In this document: piece by piece, positions 49,916-60,165 of the stretch
Position numbering within the stretch: position 1 is the stretch's first letter
Layout: each line of letters starts with the position of its first letter
Source: an uncultured cyanobacterium
GTDB taxonomy: Bacteria > Cyanobacteriota > Cyanobacteriia > Cyanobacteriales > CAWUOF01
Length of the DNA stretch: 64,000 nucleotides
Assembly: GCA_963744145.1 (NCBI GenBank)
Contig: CAVUSO010000001.1
Location: 7,360,001 to 7,424,000, forward strand
Reading direction: 5' to 3'
Position numbers and translations under genes: made by a program
Notes under the pieces: generated by a model
What the model was told of the DNA's origin: nothing
Seen by the model: only the letters and a program-made list of their open reading frames with translations
The model's database searches: none

Positions 49916-50698
49916 TCACTCTAGTAAATCAGGATCAATTCCTAATTCACGCAACTTAGCAGCCAATCTTTCAGCTTTTTGACGTTCTTGTTCAGCTTTT
50001 TGACGTTCTTGTTCAGCTTTTTGACGTTCTTGTTCAGCTTGTTCTGCACTCCACAGCAACAGATTACCTGACTTATTCCACCAGCGCAACCAATTCATCC
50101 TTTGTTGCAACCTTTCCCCATGCCAAATTCCCAGATATAGTTCCAGTTCTGGAATCCACACCTGACCCTGAGCATTTACTGACTGGACAACGTATTTTCC
50201 ATATTCTAAATACCGCACTGCCAGAATAGTTTTGTAGGGGTCATAAGTGACGTATGTAGGTACTTGGAGAATCTGTTCATAGAAGTACATTTTGCCGTAG
50301 GGAGAACTTGCTCTCATTGATGATTCTCCTCCATCTTTGTGTGAGAGAAACTCCATTACAACTGCCACTCTTGCACCATGAAGATTAGGGGTATAACTAC
50401 GGCGAATGATCCCTGGTGCTAAAGGATGCACTTGAGGTACATAAAACCAATCTGGAGCTTTGATGACAAGTTCTTCATCGATAGTTGCAACTAGCCCGAA
50501 ATTAGAGCCAATTAGCATTTCTGACTTGATATATCCTGCGGCTCCCAGGGCATCAGTAAGAGACGCCGCCAAAGGAGGTTGTTGAATATTTTCCACGGGA
50601 TCGTCGGGTAATATGAAGTTATCTGGTAGAGGTTCCCAGTTGATGTTTGGTTTGACTTTAATATTCGGGGCTTCGAGAAGCATTGTATTAACCCTCAA
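49916..50698 (-). CDS. Uma2 family protein, tandem paralog
   Basis: DDPVENIQQP, KAPDWFYVP, VVMEFLS, (AEQERQK)x3. Confidence 0.9.
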   Translation of the reverse strand: MRVNTMLLEAPNIKVKPNINWEPLPDNFILPDDPVENIQQPPLAASLTDALGAAGYIKSEMLIGSNFGLVATIDEELVIKAPDWFYVPQVHPLAPGIIRRSYTPNLHGARVAVVMEFLSHKDGGESSMRASSPYGKMYFYEQILQVPTYVTYDPYKTILAVRYLEYGKYVVQSVNAQGQVWIPELELYLGIWHGERLQQRMNWLRWWNKSGNLLLWSAEQAEQERQKAEQERQKAEQERQKAERLAAKLRELGIDPDLLE

Positions 50699-50911
50699 GC
50701 AACAGTGTTTGTCTAGATTTATATTTCTTCTTGGCGATCGTGGGATAAATAACTTGTTTGGCTTAATTTTTAATTATGGCACAATACGGTTCAATTAACC
50801 GAACCATATTGATATTTATTTGTGTAGTAAAACCATGTTTTCGTCAAGCACTAAAACAGCGCAGCACTCGTCTAGTTGCCCGATCTACAGTTTCGCGATC
50901 GCCAAATTAGA

Positions 50912-51688
50912 CTACCCATTATTCCTGCGATCGCTTTTTATTTGAAAAGGATAAATAATTTGTCCTAGGTAATTAGTGGGTACAGGATCTAGAATTCCAT
51001 ATTCTTCAGGCATTTTTTGGGTGGGAAGATAAAGAGTACCAAATAGTAAATCTATGATTGGTAACTGGACAGCGAAATTTTTATTGATTATCGGTGGATT
51101 TTTAGTATGATGCCAGTGATGAAATTCTGGAGTAGCAATTACCCATTTGCAGATGCCCATTTTTAGGCTAATATTAGCATGAATATAAAACGCTATCCCT
51201 GCGGAAAAAATAACATAGCTAACTATCATTGCTGGATTAAATCCTAACAAGGACAATGGGAAAAATTGAAAAATTTTTGTCAATAATTGATCGCAGGGAT
51301 GTACTCTCACAGTAGCTAACCAGTCCATCTGTTTAATGCTATGATGAACTGCATGGAATTTCCATAACCAGGGAACTGTATGTAAGAGTCGATGAGCAAT
51401 ATAATAACTAAGATCACCAATTACAACTGCTTCTAAAAACTGTAACCAAATTGGTTGATGACTAATGGAATTGTGCCATGATATATGGAATTGCTTGATT
51501 AGAAATAACGCGATCGCTAAACTAATTTTGATGCCCGCTTTACTAACAAAATGACCGAGAAAAAAATAAGTTACATCTGTTCCCCAATCAGCTCTTAATA
51601 TCTTTTGCTCTCGTAAAGCAAAGATTAGCTCTAAGGGAATAAAAATAATCGTCAGAACTAGGAATCCTTTGATAATTTCAGAAATCAT
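50912..51688 (-). CDS. Sterol desaturase / fatty acid hydroxylase family protein
   Basis: His boxes HRLLH, FHAVHHS, HAN, FHHWHH. Confidence 0.92.
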   Translation of the reverse strand: MISEIIKGFLVLTIIFIPLELIFALREQKILRADWGTDVTYFFLGHFVSKAGIKISLAIALFLIKQFHISWHNSISHQPIWLQFLEAVVIGDLSYYIAHRLLHTVPWLWKFHAVHHSIKQMDWLATVRVHPCDQLLTKIFQFFPLSLLGFNPAMIVSYVIFSAGIAFYIHANISLKMGICKWVIATPEFHHWHHTKNPPIINKNFAVQLPIIDLLFGTLYLPTQKMPEEYGILDPVPTNYLGQIIYPFQIKSDRRNNG

Positions 51689-51696
51689 GAGCTAGA

Positions 51697-52386
51697 TTAA
51701 GTTCTTGATTGACTTTTACGTCGGATTTGAGTCAGCACACCTAATCCCATTAAACTGCCAATTATAGTCGCAGGTTCAGGTACAGCTTCACCAATCCGAA
51801 ACTCTCCGATCGCAAAACCACTTGCGTCTGGATCTGAGTTAATTTCAATTTCCGAAATTGTATCTGTGCCAGTTGTATAAAAACCAAAATATTTGGCACC
51901 AGCGAATCCATTGACTGACTGGGATAAAGATACTTGATCACCGTTACTGGCAAAAGCTGTAATCACAATATTATAGAAACTCTGCGTAGTGGGTTCTACA
52001 AATAAATCAAAAGCGCCGATCGCTGTAGGTAGGTTAATGATTTCATTATTCTGATTGAAAAGGTTGTAAATATCACCTGTATAGCCATGACTCCATGTGT
52101 ACCAAGTTGAACCAACGTAGCGTTTGGTCAGATCCGGAGAGAAAGTTATATTTCCTAATGGTGATGAAACTCCTGTTACTGTCGCTAGTTCCGGTACTGT
52201 TTGGTCATCTGCGACACTCAGCAGATTCAAACCTAAATTAGATAAGGTATTGTCTCCTCCTGATACCCAAGATCCCTGATCACCTACTGCTAAGATTGCG
52301 GCACTAGCACTAGAAATATGGGCAAGGAATATGCCCACAGCGATCGCTGGGATTGAGCCATTTTTACTGATTTGCATCTTGATCAC
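51697..52386 (-). CDS. PEP-CTERM sorting domain protein
   Basis: Signal peptide ending ASA; C-terminal VPEP + hydrophobic helix + RRK. Confidence 0.9.
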   Translation of the reverse strand: MIKMQISKNGSIPAIAVGIFLAHISSASAAILAVGDQGSWVSGGDNTLSNLGLNLLSVADDQTVPELATVTGVSSPLGNITFSPDLTKRYVGSTWYTWSHGYTGDIYNLFNQNNEIINLPTAIGAFDLFVEPTTQSFYNIVITAFASNGDQVSLSQSVNGFAGAKYFGFYTTGTDTISEIEINSDPDASGFAIGEFRIGEAVPEPATIIGSLMGLGVLTQIRRKSQSRT

Positions 52387-52535
52387 CTATAAATTCGATT
52401 TGTGCCTAGATTATAGGTCTTTGAGCAAAAATTCAGTATTTCTACGGTCAGAAGATATGGAAATCTTAATTAATATTAATATTTTTTTTTAAATTAAATC
52501 TTAACCAGACAATAACTATAGGAAATCGCCCAACT

Positions 52536-52826
52536 TTAAGACTCCAAAGGTTGTTCAGAACTAATTTTTACCCGTCGAATTGGTAAATTAGCAATTAAAG
52601 CTGTTGCCCGTTGATTATTCTCTAAAGAAACCTCTAAACCTTCGGGATCAAGTTCTACATAACGAGAAACGACTTCTAGAATTTCTTTTCGCATGGAATC
52701 AAGCATTTCCGGGGTGAGGTCAGCGCGATCGTGAGCGATTACCAGTTTGAGACGGCGTTTCACTTCTTCACGACTATTGTTAGCGTTTGTCCAAGGGAAA
52801 ATTCGTTCTAGAAGTTCGTTAATCAT
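52536..52826 (-). CDS. minE: Cell division topological specificity factor MinE
   Basis: [30 protein letters not shown]. Confidence 0.96.
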   Translation of the reverse strand: MINELLERIFPWTNANNSREEVKRRLKLVIAHDRADLTPEMLDSMRKEILEVVSRYVELDPEGLEVSLENNQRATALIANLPIRRVKISSEQPLES

Positions 52827-52861
52827 GGATGCACGGGCAGTTCAAGGGGAAAATTTAAGTG

Positions 52862-53671
52862 CTAGGGTCGGGGAGAACCCCGAAACAAGCGTCGAATCCG
52901 AGCAAAAAAACTATCGTAGGCAGCATCGATATCAATAAATTTAATCTTCTCACCTTCCAATCGACGAGCAATATTTTCAAATGCTTGTCCTGGTAAGGAA
53001 AGCCGCTCTGCTAATACTAGAGGTTCACCACGGTTGGTAGAAACAATTACTCGCTCGTCATCGGGAATAACGCCAATTAAAGGAATAGCGAGAATTTCTT
53101 GAACATCTTGTACCGACATCATATCATTAGCTTGCACCATTGCGGGCTTGATCCGATTCACGACTAGATGTATTCGCCTGATATTATTTGCTTCTAACAG
53201 ACCAATAACGCGGTCTGCATCACGGACAGCGGCAATTTCTGGAGTCGTGACAATTAAAGCTTCCGTTGCTGCGGCGATCGCATTTTGAAAGCCCATTTCA
53301 ATTCCTGCCGGACTATCGATTAAAATATAATCAAATAGCTCGACCAACATTGCTACCAATTGCTTCATCTGGTCTGGGATCACAGATTCTTTAGTGCGAT
53401 TTTGGGCAGCGGGCAATAGGGCTAATCTTGATTGTCGTTTATCTTTTACCAATGCTTGTTCGAGCCGACATTGACCGGCTAAAACTTCCATTGCTGTATA
53501 GACAATCCGATTTTCTAACCCCAGTAATAAATCCAGATTTCTGAGACCAAAATCGGCATCGACGACCACAACTTTGCGTCCCCGTGCGGCCAGAGCCATT
53601 CCTAGATTAGCTGTGGAGGTGGTTTTGCCCACCCCTCCTTTCCCCGATGTAATGACAATGATGCGACTCAT
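52862..53671 (-). CDS. minD: Septum site-determining protein MinD
   Basis: MSRIIVITSGKGGVGKTT, DFGLRNLDLLLGLENRIVY, DSPAGIE. Confidence 0.97.
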   Translation of the reverse strand: MSRIIVITSGKGGVGKTTSTANLGMALAARGRKVVVVDADFGLRNLDLLLGLENRIVYTAMEVLAGQCRLEQALVKDKRQSRLALLPAAQNRTKESVIPDQMKQLVAMLVELFDYILIDSPAGIEMGFQNAIAAATEALIVTTPEIAAVRDADRVIGLLEANNIRRIHLVVNRIKPAMVQANDMMSVQDVQEILAIPLIGVIPDDERVIVSTNRGEPLVLAERLSLPGQAFENIARRLEGEKIKFIDIDAAYDSFFARIRRLFRGSPRP

Positions 53672-53679
53672 GACTGCGC

Positions 53680-54457
53680 TCAAAAATTGGTCTTGGCAAA
53701 TTCAGTAGTTCTGGCGATGCGAATTCCTTCCGCTGTAACGTAGGCTATTTCCGGATAAAACTGAGCTGGTAGTTTTTCTGGGGAACGGGCCAGCGTAATC
53801 AGCAATGCGGATCTGAGTAGGTTCCATTTGCAAAGCCATAATGCGGCACTTAGAGTTACCATCGGCTCCAGCATGAACCACACCGCGCAAACGTCCCCAT
53901 ACTAGAATATCTCCTTGAGCTACTACTGCACCACCTGGATTCAAATCACCCAAAATTACTACTGTGCCCCCATGTCGAATTTCTACCCCAGAACGAACGG
54001 TGGTTTCGAGATAAAGTGGATCAGCCAAAGGTGGGATGGGTGGTTTTGGATGAGGATTTAGGGATATTTGGTAGGATTGTTGCTCGACTGAATAACCAGC
54101 AGTAGCAGCAGCTACAGCAGTTTGACGACGAGTGGTAGCCACACTTTTGATTTTTAGTTGGACTTGAGACAGAATTTCGGCGATCGCCTGAAGTTGTCTA
54201 GTATCCAACAATCTTTCTCTGGCTACTATCTGTACTTCTGTCTGGTTTTGCCAAAATCTTTCTCCAGCATGAATCAGTTGTTGCAGTTGTTGTGAGATAT
54301 CCTGCCAATTGTTTCCCAGTTCGGTTTCCGGGGGCAAATGCAATAATAATTTGTCCTCTTTGGTGTTAAATCGCACTTGTTGGTGACAATCTTTGGTGGT
54401 CGGAGGACTGGGGGAAATAGTTGGGACGGTCGATGGTGCAGAAGGGTCGGAAGTCAT
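53680..54457 (-). pseudogene. minC: Septum site-determining protein MinC, +1 frameshift near 53793
   Basis: TVRSGVEI, GDLNPG, WGRLRGVVHAG; the true C-terminus ARSPEKLPAQFYPEIAYV continues in the frame of ORF 53680-53883. Confidence 0.92.
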
Positions 54458-54587
54458 GCCAGAAAATTATTACCTTGTTTATACTATCTGATGTTTGATC
54501 TACCTTTGGACTCAATTTTTGCTAATTTTACTAGGTTTAGTTATCAAAGCGATCGCTAATTTGCCCCAGCGAGCAGACGATTACAGC

Positions 54588-55903
54588 TTACTTTAACCGA
54601 CGATAAACTGTCACTAAAGCATCGGAATCGCCTACATTTCCTGGAAATAATACCACTGGTAAATTCGGAAATTGAGGATGATCAGCAGGAGTTTTGACGA
54701 CAGAACAACCAGCTAAAATTTGGCCCAGTAATCTCGCAGTTTTTAAAGCTAATCCGGTACTGACGACATCATTAGAAGTAATTCCTCCTTTACTAATTAA
54801 AAAACCGATGTCATCTGGGAGTCCGCGCACAATATCCATTAACAATAATGAGACAGACTTACCAAAATTTAATCTGGTCTGCACATCAGCAAATTCTAAT
54901 TCCTGACGACTGGTATAAACTACGGGTGTTTTCCCCTCAGTATGAGTAGAATGTACTTTAGTCAAGCTAGTTTTTAAAATTTGCTCACGTTTAGCTGGGG
55001 ATTCATCTAATAATTCAGCCACATTGATTTCGATCCCAACGATGCCCGGTTCTTGTAGTAATTGGTGTAATTGTTCTGTACTCTTTTTAACATGGGAACC
55101 TACAATCACCACACCTGGTTTTCCATCCCGGACATATTTTGCCATTTCTGTCGCAGGGATTGGTTGGGGTGGTAAGTTAGCTAAAGCCGTTAAAATACTG
55201 GCAGCACTACGCAATAAAAAACGTTTACCTTGACCCGCAGCAGTAAGTAAATCGGCGGCAAATCGGTTAAGATCAGCTTGAGTTTCCCCATCAACGACAC
55301 AGCAATGATTTCCGGTTAAATTTAATAGACGCTCTAAGCTACTACTACGAATATCTTCTAGTAAAAATCTTTCTACATTATTTGCCAGAATCCGCCGATT
55401 AGTTTTTTCTTCGACATAATCTGGTAAGTAGCTGTGATGGTAAGCAAAAACTGAATCACGGGCAAATTCGGTTTCATGTACTGGTGTGGGAATACCATTA
55501 ATATTGAGATAATGGATACTATTACGGGTAATTCGCCACCTTCAAAGAAAGCAGGAATGAGAAAATGGGCATCAAATGGACCAATTTCTGCCCCAATCAC
55601 ATCAGTTTCAATGGGATAATGTCCTCGGAGGGTAGAATCAGAACGACTGACTATCAAGAAGTCTTTGATCTGGGTGATTGCGATCGCTTCTTTGAGATGA
55701 CGACAAACCTCACGAGTCACAATCTCAGCTTCGTCTTTTGGTAGGGCCCGAGTATTGGTTAGTACAAAGAAAATTGGTGATTCCTCCTGTAACCCTAATA
55801 TTAATGTTTCCACATCCCATTTAGTTAGTAACAAACAACTATGGACGGTTTGGGAACCAGTTGGGTCATCATCTAAGACAATAATTTTTGGTTTAATAGT
55901 CAT
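54588..55903 (-). pseudogene. Four-carbon acid sugar kinase family (DUF1537), -1 frameshift near 55535
   Basis: VLDDDPTGSQTV, SRSDSTLRGH; adding one G restores FEGGRITRNSIHY; C-terminal SKGGITS, FPGNVG. Confidence 0.9.
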
Positions 55904-55931
55904 CTCGATCGTGGTGTTTTCTTTAAATTAT

Positions 55932-56023
55932 GGACAGACAAGATGTCTGTCCCACAAGAGTCTTTTTTGGTTGTAGGACAGACATCTTGTCTGTCCTAGT
56001 TATTTTTGCTTTCTGGTCTATTG
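55932..56023 (-). mobile_element. MITE/REP-like element, copy 3 (inverted, partial)
   Basis: Reverse complement matches 47175-47265, with GACAGACAAGATGTCTGTC arms. Confidence 0.7.
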
Positions 56024-56045
56024 CCAATCAGTCTACTTTACTTGA

Positions 56046-56687
56046 TTAATGTCCATCTTGTAATTTTTTTAATTCTGTTTGGGTACTAACGGCAATTTGT
56101 AATGCTTCATTTAATAATCTACCATGTTCGCCAGCTTGGTCACTAACCTGTAAAGCTGTCAAAGCATTCAAATTATTAGCAAATAGGTTAGCATTACGGT
56201 TCAAGAAATTTTTATGTGTTCGTAAAATTCTTTCTGTCTTTAAAGCTCGGATTAAATCTTGTCTAGTTAAATGAAGTGCTTCGATCACCTTTTCTCGATC
56301 TCTCACCCTAGCTTCTGGATTACCTGCATCTTCAATCTGATCGCTAATATCCATAGCTTTAATCACAGTATTATACTTTTCCACTTCATCGATGAGATTG
56401 ATAAAATTTTGATGATTTTTAGCAAAATCTATATTTTTTACATCCGAGGTTATTAATCCTCCTGCGATCCCAATATGTAAAGCAATTAATATCGGCGCTT
56501 GTTCCGGAAAACCTAAAACTAGAATCCAACCACTAAATCCAATCAACATGGTAGCAAACATCGTCGTAACACCTTCACTGATAAATTTTTTCAGTGTCGG
56601 AGGTTTAAACACCTGATCGACATTTATACCACTCAAGTGTCTTAGTTCTCCTTTAGTAATTGATAAACCCTCTAAATCAGGTCGCAT
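56046..56687 (-). CDS. Hypothetical membrane protein with coiled-coil C-terminus
   Basis: 213-aa ORF, two hydrophobic segments, LIRALKTERILR. Confidence 0.75.
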   Translation of the reverse strand: MRPDLEGLSITKGELRHLSGINVDQVFKPPTLKKFISEGVTTMFATMLIGFSGWILVLGFPEQAPILIALHIGIAGGLITSDVKNIDFAKNHQNFINLIDEVEKYNTVIKAMDISDQIEDAGNPEARVRDREKVIEALHLTRQDLIRALKTERILRTHKNFLNRNANLFANNLNALTALQVSDQAGEHGRLLNEALQIAVSTQTELKKLQDGH

Positions 56688-56782
56688 AGCTTTATTATTT
56701 TCTCATTTGACCAGACTTTTTAGTTAAATTTCGGTAAAGTGCCGAAAACTTGCTCATCATCAAGTAATATTAGCCTTTAAGA

Positions 56783-58270
56783 TTGACTTTGAGCAGAATA
56801 GCAATTTTGGAGAGGAGTAACCTTAACGTGAGTGTGAGTAATGTCAGCAATACAATTCAGGTTACTCCTGGGGAGTTTAAAGTTGAAAACCATTTCTATC
56901 CATCAGCTATTAACGCTCAGATCCATCCAATAGTCAAAGACTTTCTCTGTCTTGATTATGAGCAAATTATCCATCGCTACAGCTATCTGCATCCCCAGAT
57001 TGACGCGAAAATATTAAAACATATTTTTACTTCACCAACACAATTTTTATCTTGGGCAGGAGCAGACCTATGTAATGTTACCACGAAAGATGGAATTAGA
57101 CAAATGGTTTTAATTGAAACCAATTCCTGTCCTTCGGGTCAAAAATCTATGCCCATTTTAGATCCTCAACAAGAGCAAAGAGGATATCGTAAATTAATAG
57201 AGTTACTGTTTTGTCCGATGCTAGCTCGATCGCAAGTATCAGGAGGATTAGCGGTAATCTATGATAAAAATTTTATGGAAGCATCTGGATATGCTACGGT
57301 AATGGCTGATTATCTGAATGAAACTGTCTATTTGGTAGCTTTTCATGAAGATGATCCTGATCCTTCGGTGCGTTTCCAACAGGGAGTAATGGAAATTCGC
57401 ACAGTAGATCATCAGTGGATACCAATTCGAGCAGCTTTACGTTATGTCACTCAGCGTCCCTGGAACCGGATTCCGATTTTAACTCATACGAAGATATTAA
57501 ATCCAGTCATAACCTGTCTCGCTGGTGGTCGAAATAAAATGCTAGCAGCAAAAGCTTACGAAAATTATAACTCGTTAATTTCTAATTCCGGACTCCGGAT
57601 CAATACCCCGGAAACAATTTGTGATGTTAGTAAGGAGGATATTCCCCATTTGGTGCAAAATTGGGATGGACAAGCGGTGGTGAAAATTCCTTATGCTAAT
57701 GCGGGACAGGGAGTATTTACGATTATGAATATAGGAGAATTAAACGAATTTATGGAAATAGAGCATCACTATAGTCAATTTATCGTCCAAAGATTAATTG
57801 GCAATTGGAAATGGCAAAGATTTGCTAGCGATCGCCAATTTTTTCATATTGGTACTGTACCCGATCGCTACAAACAAAGATATGTTAGCGATCTGCGGAT
57901 GATGGTAGGTAGTTCTGCATCAGGATTTTACCCTTTAGCTATCTATGCACGTAGAGCAAGGATTCCTCTTCTTGATGTGATCAAAAAGGATATTTCTTCT
58001 TGGGATATGTTAGGTACTAATTTGTCGATCCGTAAACCTACGGAGGGTTGGGATCTAGACACAAATCGATTGTTAACTATGAATGAGGCTGATTTTAGTC
58101 ATTTAGGTTTGGGATTAGATGATTTAATTAATGCTTTTATTCAAACAGTGCTAGGAATGGTAGCAATTGACCATATGGCTGGCAATATTTTAACTGAAAC
58201 CGGGGAATTAGATCGGGCTTTTTTCCAGTCTCTAAATCAGGATGATTTTTTGCTGGAAGAAATATTATGA
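56783..58270 (+). CDS. Circularly permuted ATP-grasp-like protein
   Basis: N-terminal D...IETN metal motif precedes VVKIPYANAGQGV, FIVQ and DLR motifs. Confidence 0.6.
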   Translation: MTLSRIAILERSNLNVSVSNVSNTIQVTPGEFKVENHFYPSAINAQIHPIVKDFLCLDYEQIIHRYSYLHPQIDAKILKHIFTSPTQFLSWAGADLCNVTTKDGIRQMVLIETNSCPSGQKSMPILDPQQEQRGYRKLIELLFCPMLARSQVSGGLAVIYDKNFMEASGYATVMADYLNETVYLVAFHEDDPDPSVRFQQGVMEIRTVDHQWIPIRAALRYVTQRPWNRIPILTHTKILNPVITCLAGGRNKMLAAKAYENYNSLISNSGLRINTPETICDVSKEDIPHLVQNWDGQAVVKIPYANAGQGVFTIMNIGELNEFMEIEHHYSQFIVQRLIGNWKWQRFASDRQFFHIGTVPDRYKQRYVSDLRMMVGSSASGFYPLAIYARRARIPLLDVIKKDISSWDMLGTNLSIRKPTEGWDLDTNRLLTMNEADFSHLGLGLDDLINAFIQTVLGMVAIDHMAGNILTETGELDRAFFQSLNQDDFLLEEIL

Positions 58271-58282
58271 TCAACAAAGCCA

Positions 58283-59275
58283 TTATTCAGTTTCCAGAAT
58301 TTTTAAGATTTTTAGATACAGGTTTTCGACAATTTTTTGCTGACGATCGCCAATCGAATAAAAGTTTCTTAATTCCGGATTATTATTAATCTCAATGATC
58401 ACATAATCTTCCATTGGCTGGGATATATCCCTAGTCATAATATCTACACCACATAATCTTAGTCCCATGTCTTTAGTAATATTAACTGCCAATTTATAAA
58501 AATCTGCATGAACAAGATTAGTTACATCTACTGCATCACCACCAGTAGATAAATTAGCATTATCTAAAAGATATAATTTAACCTCTTTGGGAATAATGCT
58601 ATTAAAAGTTAAATTTTTTCTTTGCAATGTGGTTTTAATTCTAACATCATCTAAATTTAGAATTATATTTCTACCTATTTGATAAAATGACTCCTGTTTT
58701 TGACATAAAAGTTCAGAAATACTAGATTTACCATCACCAATTACAAATAAGGGAATCCGCTGATATGCAGCAATAATTTCATCATCCAGTACCACAACCC
58801 GATAGTCATTACCGGAGTAAAATTTTTGCACAATTAGAAGTAAATTTTTTAGTAAAATTTCTTTCGCTGCGAGCTGGTATTCTTCTTGATTATAAACTTT
58901 AGTTACCATCCTTCCTGCTCCCAGATCGCTGGGTTTGGTGATTACAGGAAATCCAATCTGTTTAGCAAAATCAAGTCCTTGAGCTAGCTGAGTCTCTAAT
59001 ATTAAATTTTCCCCAAATTTTTCGATTGGAAATGTTTTTTCTACCGGAACTTTATAACCAAATTGGTTCAGAAAAAAACTCGCAAAACTCTTATTCTTAG
59101 CGATCTGGGAGGAACCGAGAGCATTTATATCAAAATTTCCCGTAGTGAAGAAAGTTTTTTTGCCATTTTTAAAGATAATCTGTCCACTCACACCATATTC
59201 TGGTTCTATGATCACTGTAGCTCCTAAATCAGGAGCAATTTTTTTGATTATTTCTGCTACAAATGGTGTTTTCAT
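58283..59275 (-). CDS. Stand-alone ATP-grasp ligase similar to the cyanophycin synthetase / GshAB ATP-grasp domain
   Basis: GFPVITKP, GNDYRVVV, VIGDGKSSI, NANLSTGG, LCGVDI, IIEIN; no Mur ligase domain. Confidence 0.85.
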   Translation of the reverse strand: MKTPFVAEIIKKIAPDLGATVIIEPEYGVSGQIIFKNGKKTFFTTGNFDINALGSSQIAKNKSFASFFLNQFGYKVPVEKTFPIEKFGENLILETQLAQGLDFAKQIGFPVITKPSDLGAGRMVTKVYNQEEYQLAAKEILLKNLLLIVQKFYSGNDYRVVVLDDEIIAAYQRIPLFVIGDGKSSISELLCQKQESFYQIGRNIILNLDDVRIKTTLQRKNLTFNSIIPKEVKLYLLDNANLSTGGDAVDVTNLVHADFYKLAVNITKDMGLRLCGVDIMTRDISQPMEDYVIIEINNNPELRNFYSIGDRQQKIVENLYLKILKILETE

Positions 59276-59381
59276 ATTTTTACTTCACTAAATTGAATTA
59301 CTAGGATAAGAAATAAAAACTAAATTTTCGTGTTAAGTGCTTGATTAGTTCTACTTAACACGAACAAGATCTATTTAATTA

Positions 59382-59744
59382 TTATTCCTTAGCAATTACC
59401 GTCGCTCTTGCTGTTACAAAAATTATCAATCCAGTCATAATCATCATTATAATTGAAATCGCAAATTTTTTCTCATCTTCTGGTGATGCAGCTCTAAAAA
59501 CTATTAATAGAGAATACATCCCTACTGTTAAAACAAAAATAATAACTGCGGCAAAAATTATCACATCTCTGACGATAAAGAAAATCCAATCTTTTTTAAG
59601 TTCCTGTTTTTGTTTGTTGTTGATATTGGGTGAAGTAGCATTTTTATAATCGAACTTTATTGATGATACTCGCAGTGGTTGATCACCTTGACTAGCAATT
59701 AAATTTGCGATATCTTTTAGCTCTGTCATTGTTCTAAATACCAA
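59382..59744 (-). CDS. Hypothetical two-TM membrane protein
   Basis: Two long hydrophobic helices; overlaps the upstream small gene. Confidence 0.6.
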   Translation of the reverse strand: MVFRTMTELKDIANLIASQGDQPLRVSSIKFDYKNATSPNINNKQKQELKKDWIFFIVRDVIIFAAVIIFVLTVGMYSLLIVFRAASPEDEKKFAISIIMMIMTGLIIFVTARATVIAKE

Positions 59745-59961
59745 TTATTTGTGTTTCTAAGTTACTATTCTTGTCGGTGATCCAAAGATATTTATCTTCT
59801 TTTTTTGCTGCTACCACTATCTGCATCAATATAATTCCTTTTAGTAATACTTCGGCAGGATCTCCATTTATTTCTTTAGCTATGGTCTGTAAGGTTTGAT
59901 AAAGTTCTGGAGAGATATCTAAACTAATTTCAATTCGTTCTGGATGTTCTGGTATGATCAT
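59734..59961 (-). CDS. Ribbon-helix-helix/CopG-like small protein
   Basis: RIEISLDISPELYQTLQTIA...AEVLLKGI strand-helix-helix pattern. Confidence 0.6.
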   Translation of the reverse strand: MIIPEHPERIEISLDISPELYQTLQTIAKEINGDPAEVLLKGIILMQIVVAAKKEDKYLWITDKNSNLETQIIGI

Positions 59962-59980
59962 GTCTCAATTCTCAATTCCC

Positions 59981-60147
59981 AATACGGTTCAGTTAATTGT
60001 AGGGGCGTTTGCCTACGGCACGCTGCGCGAACGCGTAGCGTGCCGTAGGCATAGCATTCGGGCGACAATTTATAGCTAAAAACTGTACCCTGAGCGTAGT
60101 CGAAGGGCGTTAACATTATATCCGAATGCTTCGCCCTTCTTCGCTAC
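59981..60147. repeat. REP-like hairpin with nested inserts, preceded by AATACGGTTCAGTTA
   Basis: GTAGGGGCG...AGCATTCGG...CCGAATGCTTCGCCC; 24-nt unit at 60084-60107; second-family unit containing an inverted copy of itself at about 60008-60053. Confidence 0.75.
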
Positions 60148-60165
60148 ATATCGCTGTTTTCTAGT

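Noticed and set aside
58283..59275. Calling this gene cphA
   Set aside because: Only 330 aa; lacks the Mur ligase half and has no cphB neighbour
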